Shown: piece by piece, positions 38,969-48,888 of the stretch
Position numbering within the stretch: position 1 is the first letter of the stretch
Layout: each line of letters begins with the position of its first letter
DNA from: an uncultured Nitrospiraceae bacterium
GTDB taxonomy: Bacteria > Nitrospirota > Thermodesulfovibrionia > Thermodesulfovibrionales > SM23-35
Reading direction: 5' to 3'
Assembly (NCBI GenBank): GCA_963718855.1
Contig: CAVRAA010000013.1
Coordinates: forward strand, 230,074 to 294,073
DNA: 64,000 nucleotides
Program-made: the position numbers and the translations under genes
Notes under the pieces: model-generated
Told to the model about the DNA's origin: nothing
Database searches by the model: none
Seen by the model: the letters and a program-made list of their open reading frames with translations, nothing else

Positions 38969-40750
38969 ATGGTTCGCGATAAGGGATGCGGAGAGATACG
39001 GGAATCTGACAAAGGGCAGAACCTCACACTGTGCGGATGGGTTTTCAGGAGGAGAGATCACGGCGGCCTTATTTTCATCGATTTGCGCGACCGGAGCGGC
39101 GTTCTGCAGGCGGTGTTCAGCCCTGATGTATCGGCCGACGCACACAAACTGGCGCATGACCTGAGGAGTGAATTCGTCCTCTCCGTATCGGGTGAGATCA
39201 GGCAGAGGCCCGAAGGCACTGAAAATCCGGGCATGCCGACCGGCGCAATGGAGATGTATGTAAATAGCCTTGAGATTCTGAATGAATCATCTCCCTTGCC
39301 GTTCACGATAGAGGACGCTGCCGATACCTCCGAGGCGCTCAGACTGAAACACCGCTATCTTGACCTCCGGAGACCCGAGTTGCAGCAGAATTTCATCACA
39401 CGCCATAAGGTGACAAAAATAATCAGGGATTACCTCGACGAAAAAGGGTTTCTCGAAATTGAAACCCCCATGCTCACAAAATCCACCCCTGAAGGCGCAA
39501 GAGATTATCTTGTCCCGAGCCGTCTGAATCCAGGGCATTTCTATGCGCTGCCCCAGTCCCCGCAGATATTCAAACAGATACTTATGGTATCCGGCTTCGA
39601 AAAATATTTTCAGATCGTAAAGTGTTTCCGGGACGAAGACCTCAGGGCGGACAGGCAGCCTGAATTCACCCAGGTCGATCTTGAAATGTCGTTCGTCGAC
39701 GTCAAAGACATCATCACAAATATTGAGTTCATGATAAAGAGACTCTTTCACGATATTTTTGATACTGATATTGCGATACCTTTTGAAAAACTTTCTTTCC
39801 GTGAGTCCATGGAGCGGTTCGGCAACGACAAGCCTGACCTCCGGTTCGGCCTCGAATTGAAGGAGATGGCCGACCTTGCAGAGAAGGGCACATTCAAGGT
39901 ATTCCTTGATGCCGTTCTGTCAGGGGGAAGGGTAAAGGCGATCAACGGAAAAGGCATGGCGTCTCTGTCGAGGAAAGAGATCGATATGCTCACGGAAGAA
40001 GCCCAGTCGTTCGGAGCAAAAGGCCTCGCGTGGATAAAAGTGAAAAACGGCTTCGAGTCGCCGATTGCGAAATTCTTTCCCGAAGAGATTCTGAAACAGA
40101 TGGCGCAAAGGCTTGATGCTGAAGACGGGGATTTAATGCTCTTCGTTGCCGACAAAGAGAAGGTGGTCCATGACGTTTTGAGCAGAATGAGACTTGAGTT
40201 CGGCAAACGGTTGAACCTGATCACGCCGGGGTTCCGGTTTGCGTGGATCACGGATTTCCCCCTCTTTGAATGGAATGACGAAGAGGGCAGATTCGAGGCT
40301 ATGCATCACCCGTTCACTTCGCCGATGGATGAGGATGTTGAGAAGATGCTCACCGGCGATATGAATGATAAAGGTGTGATCTCCTCACTCAAGGCCAAGG
40401 CATATGATATTGTGCTGAACGGCTATGAGATCGGGGGCGGCAGCATTCGTATCCACAGACGCGATCTGCAGAAAAAGATGTTTGAACTTCTGCGGATATC
40501 CGAAGAAGAAGCGAAGATGAAATTCGGATTTTTACTGGAAGCACTCGAATATGGCGCTCCTCCACATGGCGGAATCGCACTCGGGCTCGACAGGCTCGTG
40601 ATGCTGATGGTCGGGGCATCGTCAATAAGGGACGTCATCGCATTTCCGAAAACGCAGAAGGCATTCTGCCTCATGAGCGGCACTCCATCTGCCGTTGAAC
40701 CGAAACAGTTGCGGGAGCTCTCGATTAAAATAGACCTGCCTGAAGTGTAG
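38969..40750 (+). CDS. aspS: aspartyl-tRNA synthetase
   Basis: 593 aa. …LCGWVFRRRDHGGLIFIDLRD…, class II motifs (FRDEDLRADRQPEFTQ; GGGSIRIH; …GIALGLDR). Confidence 0.96.
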   Translation: MVRDKGCGEIRESDKGQNLTLCGWVFRRRDHGGLIFIDLRDRSGVLQAVFSPDVSADAHKLAHDLRSEFVLSVSGEIRQRPEGTENPGMPTGAMEMYVNSLEILNESSPLPFTIEDAADTSEALRLKHRYLDLRRPELQQNFITRHKVTKIIRDYLDEKGFLEIETPMLTKSTPEGARDYLVPSRLNPGHFYALPQSPQIFKQILMVSGFEKYFQIVKCFRDEDLRADRQPEFTQVDLEMSFVDVKDIITNIEFMIKRLFHDIFDTDIAIPFEKLSFRESMERFGNDKPDLRFGLELKEMADLAEKGTFKVFLDAVLSGGRVKAINGKGMASLSRKEIDMLTEEAQSFGAKGLAWIKVKNGFESPIAKFFPEEILKQMAQRLDAEDGDLMLFVADKEKVVHDVLSRMRLEFGKRLNLITPGFRFAWITDFPLFEWNDEEGRFEAMHHPFTSPMDEDVEKMLTGDMNDKGVISSLKAKAYDIVLNGYEIGGGSIRIHRRDLQKKMFELLRISEEEAKMKFGFLLEALEYGAPPHGGIALGLDRLVMLMVGASSIRDVIAFPKTQKAFCLMSGTPSAVEPKQLRELSIKIDLPEV

Positions 40751-40755
40751 ACTGA

Positions 40756-42228
40756 TTACTGCCGCTCGATTTCCGTGAGCGCTCCATCCGCAATCTCCCG
40801 GACAAATGCGTCTTTGTCGCTGAGCGTTTCGCGGAGGGGTACAATCGCCCGGGGATCTTTGATCTTTCCGAGGGAACGGGCAGCCTCCGACCTGAGAACC
40901 CATGACTGGTCCCTTAACACTTCAATCAGCGGAACAACCGCGCGGGCATCTTTAATTTCACCAAGAATCGAAGCTGCCTGAGAGCGTATGCGTATACTTT
41001 TGTCCTGAAGGGCCATAATTAACGGATCCACAGCTGCACCGCCTATCTCCGCCAGCGCTTTTGCGGCGCTATCCCTCACCTGGCTATCGGCGTCTTTCAG
41101 TACGTCGATGAGGGGCTCGACGGCACGCGCATCTTTGATCTTTGCCAGTGCCCGGATTGCCTCAACCCGCACGGTCCTTGATTCTTCTCTCAGGGCATCA
41201 ATGAGTGGAATCACGGCACGGGGGTCCCTTATTTCAGCCAAAACGGAGGCTGCTTTTGCCTGGAGCGCGGGATCATCGTCCTTCAATTTCATAATCAATG
41301 GATCAACTGCCGGGGCGCCAAGCCTTTCAAGGGCCTTTGCAGCGCCATCCCTGACTTGTGCATCTTCATCCCTGAGAGCTTCTATCAGTGGATCAATCGC
41401 ACGGGGATCTGATATCTCCTGCATTGCTTTCACTGTAATACGCCGGACTTCCGGGTCTCTGTTCTTCAGTGCAAGGAGAAGGGTGTCCACCGCCTTATTA
41501 TTGTTCAATTCCTTCATTATCTTCTGTAATGCGTTGCCGGCAGCATTCTGGACCCTCGATTTTTTATCTTTGAGGGAAGCAATGAGAGGCTCGAATGCCC
41601 TGATATCGTTTATTTCTCCCAGCGACTCCGCTGCGCTTTCCCGGACAACCGGATCCTGATCTTTCAGCGCAGATATCAGCGGCTCCACAGCACGATTGTC
41701 TTTTATCCTGCCTAATGCCTCCGCAGCATTTTTTCTCACCACGGCGTCTCCGTCTTTCAGCGCTGCTATGAGTGGTTCCACTGCCCGTACATCGTTTATC
41801 TTCCCCAATATCTCCGCAGCGTTTTGCCGTATCGGGACTTCTTTATCCCCGAGCGCCCCGATGAGGGCCTCAACAGCAGGCTTCCCTATCTTCTGCAGCG
41901 CGCCATGAGCTTCTTTGGAGGGAGAAGTGGAGAGCGCTGTATTAGAATCAATGCGCATTACAACCGGATATGAATCACTGAGAATGCCGATGAGATACGG
42001 AATCGCGGGTCGTGCCTCAGCCCCGAATTCCCCCAATTTCATGGCTCCGTCAGCACGCTCAGCAGCCTCCTGCGAAAATAAACGTTCGATCTGACTTCTT
42101 ATTTGTGGAGGAAGGTTTGCCGGGATGTCTTCTTTGGAAAATTTCGGGAGGGCATAACAGAACGCATGTGTCATGAAAATAAATATGACAACAAATCCCG
42201 CACCTCTGAGTATCTTATTCATTACCAT
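40756..42228 (-). CDS. HEAT-repeat (PBS-lyase type) protein with an N-terminal signal/anchor
   Basis: 490 aa. About a dozen tandem units of about 31 aa (…RAVEPLIxALKDxDxxVRxxAAxALGxIxD…). Confidence 0.85.
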   Translation of the reverse strand: MVMNKILRGAGFVVIFIFMTHAFCYALPKFSKEDIPANLPPQIRSQIERLFSQEAAERADGAMKLGEFGAEARPAIPYLIGILSDSYPVVMRIDSNTALSTSPSKEAHGALQKIGKPAVEALIGALGDKEVPIRQNAAEILGKINDVRAVEPLIAALKDGDAVVRKNAAEALGRIKDNRAVEPLISALKDQDPVVRESAAESLGEINDIRAFEPLIASLKDKKSRVQNAAGNALQKIMKELNNNKAVDTLLLALKNRDPEVRRITVKAMQEISDPRAIDPLIEALRDEDAQVRDGAAKALERLGAPAVDPLIMKLKDDDPALQAKAASVLAEIRDPRAVIPLIDALREESRTVRVEAIRALAKIKDARAVEPLIDVLKDADSQVRDSAAKALAEIGGAAVDPLIMALQDKSIRIRSQAASILGEIKDARAVVPLIEVLRDQSWVLRSEAARSLGKIKDPRAIVPLRETLSDKDAFVREIADGALTEIERQ

Positions 42229-42308
42229 TTCCTCGAATACTTCATTGACTCAACCTCTCCTGCTCATTATGGTCATAAGTAAAAAAAGTGAACTACTCTG
42301 TCTTATTC

Positions 42309-42374
42309 TGTCATTGCCCGACTTGATCGGGCAATCCAGGGTAAGACTGGATTCTCCGGTCAAGCCGGAGAATG
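42309..42374. repeat. Repeat family A copy 3
   Basis: GTCATTGCCCGACTTGATCGGGCAATCCAGGGTAAGACTGGATTCTCCGGTCAAGCCGGAGAATGAC. Confidence 0.8.
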
Positions 42375-42414
42375 ACGATACTATTAAGCTCTTTGAAATA
42401 CCGAACGGCTCTTC

Positions 42415-43638
42415 TCAGAAATTATTTATATGCTTCATATAGCTCTGATAATTGCTTTTCACTTCGTCCATACTGTCTCCGCCGAATTTTTCGAGAAAAG
42501 CAGAGGCAAGAGTGAGGGCCACCATGGCCTCTCCGATAACTGCGGCTGCAGGAACCGCACAGATATCAGAACGTTCGTATGCCGCTTCAACCGGTTTCTT
42601 TGTAATGATATGGACAGACCGGAGCGGTTTTCTTAATGTGGGTATCGGTTTCATCGCTGCCCTGAGGATTACCGGCATTCCGTTCGTCATTCCTCCCTCA
42701 ATCCCTCCGGCATAATTGGTTTTTCGGTAAAAGGGAGCTTCAAATTCAACATTTTTACCCCTTGCCCCTTGCCACTTGATCCTTGCTTTATAACCTATCT
42801 CGTCCATCACCTCAGCCCCGAACCGTTCGCCCATGCCGAATCCGAAGCCAACCTCGACTCCTTTTATCGCCTGGATGCTCATTAAAGCCTGCGCAAGGCG
42901 GCCATCAAGCTTCCGGTCCCACTGCACATGACTGCCGAGCCCTGCGGGGACCCCTGCAGCAAATACCTCAAATACGCCGCCTAAGGAATTCCCCTCTTTT
43001 GCCGCCTGATTAATGAGACGAACCATTTTTTCGGACATCTTGTCGTCCGGACACCTGACAGGAGAGCCCTCTGCCTTCCTGAATAGTTCCAGTAGTTTTT
43101 TCTCGTTGATGTCATGACTTCCGCTCGCCGACTGCCGGCTGCCTATACCGATCACGAAACTTCCGATCCGCATGTCAAACTCAGACAAAAACTTTTTTGC
43201 TACTCCTCCCAATGCAACACGCATAGCGGTCTCGCGTGCGCTCGAACGTTCAAGGATATTCCTTATATCATGCTGGCTGTATTTCATCGCCCCGGCAAGA
43301 TCGGCATGTCCTGGTCTTGGTTTCACAACAGGCGGAATAGACCCTTCGTGAATGCTATCCGTTGACATGCCCTCCCGCCAGTTTGCGAAATCCCTGTTTT
43401 CGATGAGGAGGGACAAAGGAGATCCCATGGTCTTGCCCCATCTCACCCCCGACAGGATTTCGGCATGGTCTGCCTCAATTTTCATCCTGCCGCCGCGGCC
43501 ATAGCCCCCCTGCCTTCTTTTCAGATCTCTGTCAATGTCCTCCGAAGAAATGGAAAGTCCGGCGGGAATACCTTCGAGAAATCCCAGAAGGGCCTGGCCG
43601 TGCGATTCCCCTGCTGTCAGGTACCGAAGCGCTGTCAT
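42415..43638 (-). CDS. aroC: chorismate synthase
   Basis: MTALRYLTAGESHGQAL… canonical N-terminus, so the start is the internal ATG at 43638. …RPGHAD…, …GGIEGGMTNG…. Confidence 0.93.
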   Translation of the reverse strand: MTALRYLTAGESHGQALLGFLEGIPAGLSISSEDIDRDLKRRQGGYGRGGRMKIEADHAEILSGVRWGKTMGSPLSLLIENRDFANWREGMSTDSIHEGSIPPVVKPRPGHADLAGAMKYSQHDIRNILERSSARETAMRVALGGVAKKFLSEFDMRIGSFVIGIGSRQSASGSHDINEKKLLELFRKAEGSPVRCPDDKMSEKMVRLINQAAKEGNSLGGVFEVFAAGVPAGLGSHVQWDRKLDGRLAQALMSIQAIKGVEVGFGFGMGERFGAEVMDEIGYKARIKWQGARGKNVEFEAPFYRKTNYAGGIEGGMTNGMPVILRAAMKPIPTLRKPLRSVHIITKKPVEAAYERSDICAVPAAAVIGEAMVALTLASAFLEKFGGDSMDEVKSNYQSYMKHINNF

Positions 43639-43842
43639 ATCACGAGAAGTATACCATAGGTGAAACGGTTTTTTTAGAATCAGTGCGGACTGCCAGAGGA
43701 CACGGCAGAGGGTTATTGCAAGCATCGGCAAGTTGCCGGATTGAAAACAGGAACGGCTTGGCTGGGAAGAGATTGGGCGGATACTGACCGGCAATCCCAA
43801 ACCACAAGAAAGCCTGCTTGAAAAGACAGAGGAGAGCCCTGA

Positions 43843-45180
43843 TGGGCAACCGTAGATATCAACGGAGTGAGCGTGGAGAGGCTGGGAAGCTTAGGCGATA
43901 TGTATATTGGGCTTCTACTATGGCACCGGCTTGGCTTCCCTGAATTCTGTAAAGAACATATGCCGGAAGGGAGGGAAGCAATCCCGTGGTCAGTAATGGC
44001 CTGTATACGTATAGTTGCGCGTTTTTGTGCGCCATCTTCGGAACTGCAGATAGCAGAATCCTGGTATGACAAGACAGCGCTTGATGATCTGCTGGGAGTC
44101 CCCGTCGATAGAGTAAATGACGATCGGCTATATCGATCTCTGGATGCCCTTCTTCCTCACAAAGACTCTTTGTGCAGGCATTTGCAAAATAGCTATGGAG
44201 AGCTCTTTGGCGAGACCTTCGACTTTCTTTTTTACGATATCACCTCCACATACTTGAAGGGGCGTCCCTCGGCAATCCGCAGGCCAAAAGGGGTTACAGC
44301 AGTGACAGCCGTCCGGACTGTCCGCAGGTATGTATCGGACTGGTTACGAGTCGGGAAGGATTGCCCCTTGCCTTTGAAGTCTACGACAGCAACAGTAAGG
44401 ATGTCACCACTACCGAAGAAATGGTGCTGATCATGGAACGCAAGTACGGCAAAGCCAACAGGATCTGGGTCATGGACAGAGGAATGGTGAGCGAAGAAAA
44501 CATAGAGTTCATGCAGGAGCGTGGTGCCAGATATCTTGTCGGCACGCCGAAGTCCATGCTCAGAAAGTTTGAACAAGCGCTTCTTGAAAAAGACTGGGAA
44601 GAAGTTCATCCCGGCGTTGAAGTGAAAATGTGCGCTTCTCCTGAAGGCAAAGACGAAACCTTTGTGCTGTGCGGCTCTGAAGGCTGGAAGGACAAAGAGA
44701 TGGCAATCCTCAACCGGTTTGTTGCCGCTTGGAGGCAGGGCTTAACAATATCAAAGAACAGGCGGAGCAGGGAAGACTCAGAGACCGGCAGAAGGCTGAC
44801 CGCCGGATCGGACGGCTTCTTGAGAGAAACAGCCGAGCAGCATCACTCTTTGAAGGTATTGTCACAGAAATAGGGGCTGGGAAGGACAAACGCCTTGCGG
44901 TCGATGTCAAAAGAAACGATGAGCGTTATCAGTGGGCGCTTCAGAGTGGCGGTAGTTACATCCTTGGCACAAACTGGAAGGAGGATGATCCAAAGACGAT
45001 ATGGAAACGGTATCTTCAGTTGAACGAAGTGGAGGATGCCTTCAGGACAGAAAAACATGATCTTGGCATGCGGCCTATATATCATCAGAAACAAGACAGA
45101 ACGCAGGCACACATCCTGGTCTGTTTTTTGTCGCTGGCAATGTGGAGGACCCTGCAGCAGTTGATGAAGACATCGGAATT
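43843..45180 (+). mobile_element. degraded IS1634/IS4-superfamily transposase remnant (5' and 3' truncated, two internal frameshifts)
   Basis: Three overlapping ORFs (43867-44430, 44361-44873, 44729-45328) read as one DDE transposase (…FYDITSTY…, …IWVMDRGMVSEENI…, …YILGTNW…YLQLNEVEDAFRTEKHDLGMRPIYHQKQDRTQAHILVCFLSLAMW…). The conserved C-terminus is missing after about 45175. No terminal inverted repeats were identified. Confidence 0.7.
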
Positions 45181-45213
45181 GACAAAATCCGTAGAGAAAG
45201 ATAATCATTGTAA

Positions 45214-45747
45214 ATGCGCACAAAAGCGGTTATCGGCTACGTTGCACTTCTTATCCTGTCAGTGCTCCTGCACACGGCAAAACCGGCAAATACTCTTTAT
45301 TACAGCCTATTGCCCGCTCTTATGCTGATCTTCCCTATCATTGTTGGACACAGAATCAAACTGCGGTTTTCGATTAAGGATTTTATTCTTGGGCTCGTCG
45401 TATCCATCAGCATTCTCGCGCCTTATTACATAATCTTCGGAGAAAGCATGAAGACGATTACGGGCTACGTCCTGCTGTTCCAGCTCCTCAGCGTATCGTT
45501 CCCCGAAGAATTCTTCTTCAGAGGTTTTCTTCAGGATACAATCGGCAGGAATTTCAAGGCTGTGTTGCTTGTGAGCCTGTTGTTTGCAGTTGCACACATA
45601 CCGAAAGCACTTCTTCTCGGAGACTGGATGTCGCTCCTCACCTTTTTCCCGTCGCTCGTCATGGGCTGGCTTTACGTGAAGACGAATAATATCCTGCCCG
45701 GAACGATATTTCACCTCTTAGCGAACCTGACATATCAGAACTGGTAG
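45214..45747 (+). CDS. CPBP-family intramembrane glutamic endopeptidase (CAAX protease/Abi type)
   Basis: 177 aa, multi-TM. Motif 1 FPEEFFFRGFLQ, motif 2 FAVAHIP, motif 3 HLLANL. Confidence 0.8.
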   Translation: MRTKAVIGYVALLILSVLLHTAKPANTLYYSLLPALMLIFPIIVGHRIKLRFSIKDFILGLVVSISILAPYYIIFGESMKTITGYVLLFQLLSVSFPEEFFFRGFLQDTIGRNFKAVLLVSLLFAVAHIPKALLLGDWMSLLTFFPSLVMGWLYVKTNNILPGTIFHLLANLTYQNW

Positions 45748-45752
45748 AATTC

Positions 45753-45842
45753 AGGGTCCAAGGGGTCGAGGATTCAAGGAGCCAAGTGGCAATATAATAT
45801 ACATACCTAACCCCTCGAAGCCTTGAATCCTTGAACCCTTGA
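45753..45842. repeat. Repeat family E copy 1 (inverted GGGTYCAAGGRTTCAAGG-type arms)
   Basis: Arms AGGGTCCAAGGGGTCGAGGATTCAAGGAGCCAAG and CTCGAAGCCTTGAATCCTTGAACCCTTGAC. The right arm encodes the last 11 codons of the S8 gene. Other copies at 53621-53694 and 60053-60103. Confidence 0.8.
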
Positions 45843-48101
45843 CTTATTCACTCTTCTGATTATCCAGATGACCGTCACCGGCAGAAAGAGAACCATCATA
45901 TCCGCAAATGCCGTCTGCCCGTTCCGGATAACCCCGACCGTGCATCCGCCTCCTCCACCTCCACCGCTCTTTTTCGTTCCGGGCACCGTCACCACTGCAT
46001 CATTCGTATATGCAGAGAAGGCAGCGTCATTGAATGCCCGAACTCTATAGGTATACGTCGTACCCGCCTTCACACTGTTATCCGAATAGGTCGTCTGGTT
46101 TGAAGAAATAGCAGTTATCTCGCTGAATTGGTTACCTGACTCTTTTCTTTCGACAGAAAAGCCGATTTCTCCATTGGCATTATCCGTCCATGTGAGCATG
46201 ACATTTGTCTCTGACTGTGCAGCAGCAGTAAGGTTTGTCGGAGGAATCAGCGAGGTAAGCGCCTTGTAGGCGTTTATTCTCCCGCCTGTCACGAGTTTTC
46301 CCTGTAATGATTGTTTTGCATCGACCGATCCCAATAGGACTCCCTTTATCTGATCGGCGTTTAAACCGCCGTAGTGTGAACCAACCAAAGCGGCAATGCC
46401 TGAAACCATCGGCGTGGCCATTGAAGTGCCCCTGAAAAACTGATACGCGTCATCGTAATGGATATAAAAAGCAGCGCTGCTGTCGAGTGGATTGACCGCA
46501 TCGATCGCGATCTGGTTTCCCGCGCCATCTCCGGTATTCACAGGAAGCTCTATGGAAAGTCCGTTAAAATGATTCACGCCTGTGTAACCCGCTCCGTTTG
46601 CGTCGTCTGTCACATACAATGCATGGAGGTAATTCTGGTAGAAATCGTCTGATCCAACGTCGTACCCGATATCCTGCCCTGTTATGAAAATCCGACCGCC
46701 ATTGTTCAGATACGTCTGGAGATTTATCTGGTCGCCCGGTCTCAGCGTATCCACATACTCATCACCCGTAAACCATATAACAAGTTTATATTGATTCAGT
46801 GCGGAAACCGCAGGGCCATCATTGAAAGGAGCGACAGAAAAGGAATCGAAAGAATATCCGAGGCTCTGAAGCGCCTGAATATAGAATGTTTCATAGGTGT
46901 CTCCTCTATCGTCGTCAACGAGCAGGATGGTATCGCTTTGTGATATGCCGTGAAAATCAAGCACCCTCTTCATAACATCACGCCTCATATTCACTCCGTT
47001 TATCCCTTCGAAGCCGAAGGAAAAATAAACCACCCTATATGCCCCGCTATATGTCACGCCGGCGATAAAGGACGGGATAGTGCTCAGGATGTCTACTCCC
47101 GGCGCCGCTACATCTACAGATATGCTCCCATAGTTCGAAAAGCGCGCGAGATTATCATTCTGGTCCGTTGCAGCGACAGAAAGGATATTGGGAAGGTCAA
47201 AGCTTGCAGGATATTCGGCGAACAAGGTTGAATCATTATTATCTCCCATCTGATCATCGCCTCCGTTTCCGGCAGCTGCGACAAAGAGAATCTCCGGGTA
47301 TGATCCGATTGAACCGTAAAGGGACTGGGCAAAGTCCGGCCCGCTGAAACTCATATTCACCACCCTGGCGTTATGTTCCGCAGCATAGTCTATGGCTTCT
47401 ATCACATCGGCAATGGTCCCATCGCCGTTGTGATCCAGCACTCTCAGGGGCATTATCTTTACAGACCAGTTTATGCCCGCAACCCCAGTTACATTATTGC
47501 CGGAAGCACCGATAATCCCCGCGACATGCGTGCCGTGTCCGCTAAGGTCATCAGGTTCGCTGTCGTCATCAACAAAATCATGCCCTGCCATAAGGTTGCC
47601 TGCGAGATCAGGATGGTTTTTGTCAACGCCTGTATCGATCACTGCGACAATGAAGCCTGAAGAACCATGAGTGATTTCCCATGCTTCAGAAGCTTTGATA
47701 TCAGCGCCTGCTGTCCCTGTTACTCCGTTTACTGACTGGCCCGCGTTATGCAGTCCCCACTGTTCGGGAAACCGCGCATCATCCGGAATAACAGTCGCTT
47801 TTACCATATAGTTCGGCTCAGCGTATTCAACACCAGGAGTTGCCTCATACGTTTTAATAGCCATTTCCACAGACATGCCCTCCGGCAGCTTCACCCTTTC
47901 AACCCCTCTCCGTCCGACTCTCTTGATCACTTCCGCGCCAATCAGCCTATGGGTATCGGATGACCGCATCTCATAAACTCCGGCTTTAAATTTAACGAGT
48001 ATCTCACCCGCCTTATAGGCTGAATAGGTTCTCCGTGGGGAGTCCGATCCACATGCGATGATACTCAGGATGATACATACGGAAATGATATAACGCATCA
48101 T
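45807..48101 (-). CDS. S8 (subtilisin-family) serine peptidase: lipoprotein signal, fervidolysin-type prodomain, catalytic domain with a ~215-aa insertion, FN3 domain, Gly-run/Cys/TM/basic C-terminal tail
   Basis: The start was moved to MMRYIISVCIILSIIAC (lipobox) at 48101. Catalytic triad contexts VAVIDTGVD, HGTHVAGII and GTSMATPMVSG. FN3 (PPTNLTA…YTYRVRAFN). Tail SGGGGGGGCTVGV…MMVLFLPVTVIWIIRR. The gene lies 7 nt downstream of gspN on the same strand. Confidence 0.88.
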   Translation of the reverse strand: MMRYIISVCIILSIIACGSDSPRRTYSAYKAGEILVKFKAGVYEMRSSDTHRLIGAEVIKRVGRRGVERVKLPEGMSVEMAIKTYEATPGVEYAEPNYMVKATVIPDDARFPEQWGLHNAGQSVNGVTGTAGADIKASEAWEITHGSSGFIVAVIDTGVDKNHPDLAGNLMAGHDFVDDDSEPDDLSGHGTHVAGIIGASGNNVTGVAGINWSVKIMPLRVLDHNGDGTIADVIEAIDYAAEHNARVVNMSFSGPDFAQSLYGSIGSYPEILFVAAAGNGGDDQMGDNNDSTLFAEYPASFDLPNILSVAATDQNDNLARFSNYGSISVDVAAPGVDILSTIPSFIAGVTYSGAYRVVYFSFGFEGINGVNMRRDVMKRVLDFHGISQSDTILLVDDDRGDTYETFYIQALQSLGYSFDSFSVAPFNDGPAVSALNQYKLVIWFTGDEYVDTLRPGDQINLQTYLNNGGRIFITGQDIGYDVGSDDFYQNYLHALYVTDDANGAGYTGVNHFNGLSIELPVNTGDGAGNQIAIDAVNPLDSSAAFYIHYDDAYQFFRGTSMATPMVSGIAALVGSHYGGLNADQIKGVLLGSVDAKQSLQGKLVTGGRINAYKALTSLIPPTNLTAAAQSETNVMLTWTDNANGEIGFSVERKESGNQFSEITAISSNQTTYSDNSVKAGTTYTYRVRAFNDAAFSAYTNDAVVTVPGTKKSGGGGGGGCTVGVIRNGQTAFADMMVLFLPVTVIWIIRRVNKSRVQGFKASRG

Positions 48102-48108
48102 GCCCTCC

Positions 48109-48888
48109 TTAGAACGAAAGATTTCCCCGCACGGGAATCGCATAATAGCCGGGAGAAACCTTGTACCGTTCAAACTCCGCGAGAAACAGCGGATTTTCAA
48201 TAACTGTTCTGCCCGGCATTAATTCCATCGTCATATCCATCAGGGAATTTTGTATCCTCCCTTTCAGCCGCGCAAAGATATCCTTACCTTCAAGCGAAAC
48301 AGCTTCTATAGTTAGTATATTGCCTTTTGCGGTCAATGAGCCAGTTGCCCTGTGAAAAAAATTGAGGGGCAGTCTTATGCCCGCAACCAATGAGGGTTCG
48401 AAGCTGACTTTGTCCGTTGCAAATATAATGGTGACTGAATCATTCTTTAGGCTGACCTTTCCCGAAATAGTCCCTGTCCCCTGGACCCCTATATTTTGAA
48501 GCAAGGGAATCCTGTTAATGTCTGCCTGTTTCACATCGAACAGCATCTGCCCTGCGCCTCTTTCCAGGCGGAGATTCCCGGAAAAAGTGCCGCCTCCAAT
48601 GCATCCGTCGGCGGTAAGATGCAATTTCCGTATCACAAGGCTCAGCGGGTCGATCCTGCTCCGGACGGAATCGAATTCAAGAAGCTCTCTGCCGGGGCTC
48701 CTGATTATTACCTTTTCGGCCCTCAGGGTATAAAATAATCCCTTTTCAAGCCCCGTTGTTTCCACGTGTATCCTGTCGGTATTAAAAGAATCTTCGATAA
48801 TGAATTGCAGTGATGCGGAAGAAAAGATTATCCAGGGGACCCAGAGAATGACAACAAGAGCAATGAAGCCAATAAGAATTTTTTTCAC
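48109..48888 (-). CDS. gspN: type II secretion system protein N-like
   Basis: 259 aa with a single N-terminal TM helix. Last position after gspM. Its start codon overlaps the stop of gspM. The assignment rests mostly on position. Confidence 0.5.
   Translation of the reverse strand: MKKILIGFIALVVILWVPWIIFSSASLQFIIEDSFNTDRIHVETTGLEKGLFYTLRAEKVIIRSPGRELLEFDSVRSRIDPLSLVIRKLHLTADGCIGGGTFSGNLRLERGAGQMLFDVKQADINRIPLLQNIGVQGTGTISGKVSLKNDSVTIIFATDKVSFEPSLVAGIRLPLNFFHRATGSLTAKGNILTIEAVSLEGKDIFARLKGRIQNSLMDMTMELMPGRTVIENPLFLAEFERYKVSPGYYAIPVRGNLSF

Noticed and set aside
41108-41659. 183-aa plus-strand ORF opposite the HEAT-repeat gene
   Set aside because: Antisense translation of a periodic repeat gene. 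Low-complexity Ser/Ala-rich shadow ORF.
48102-48200. N-terminal 33-aa extension of the S8 protease ORF overlapping gspN
   Set aside because: The internal Met gives a textbook lipoprotein signal peptide (…ILSIIAC) and removes the overlap with gspN.
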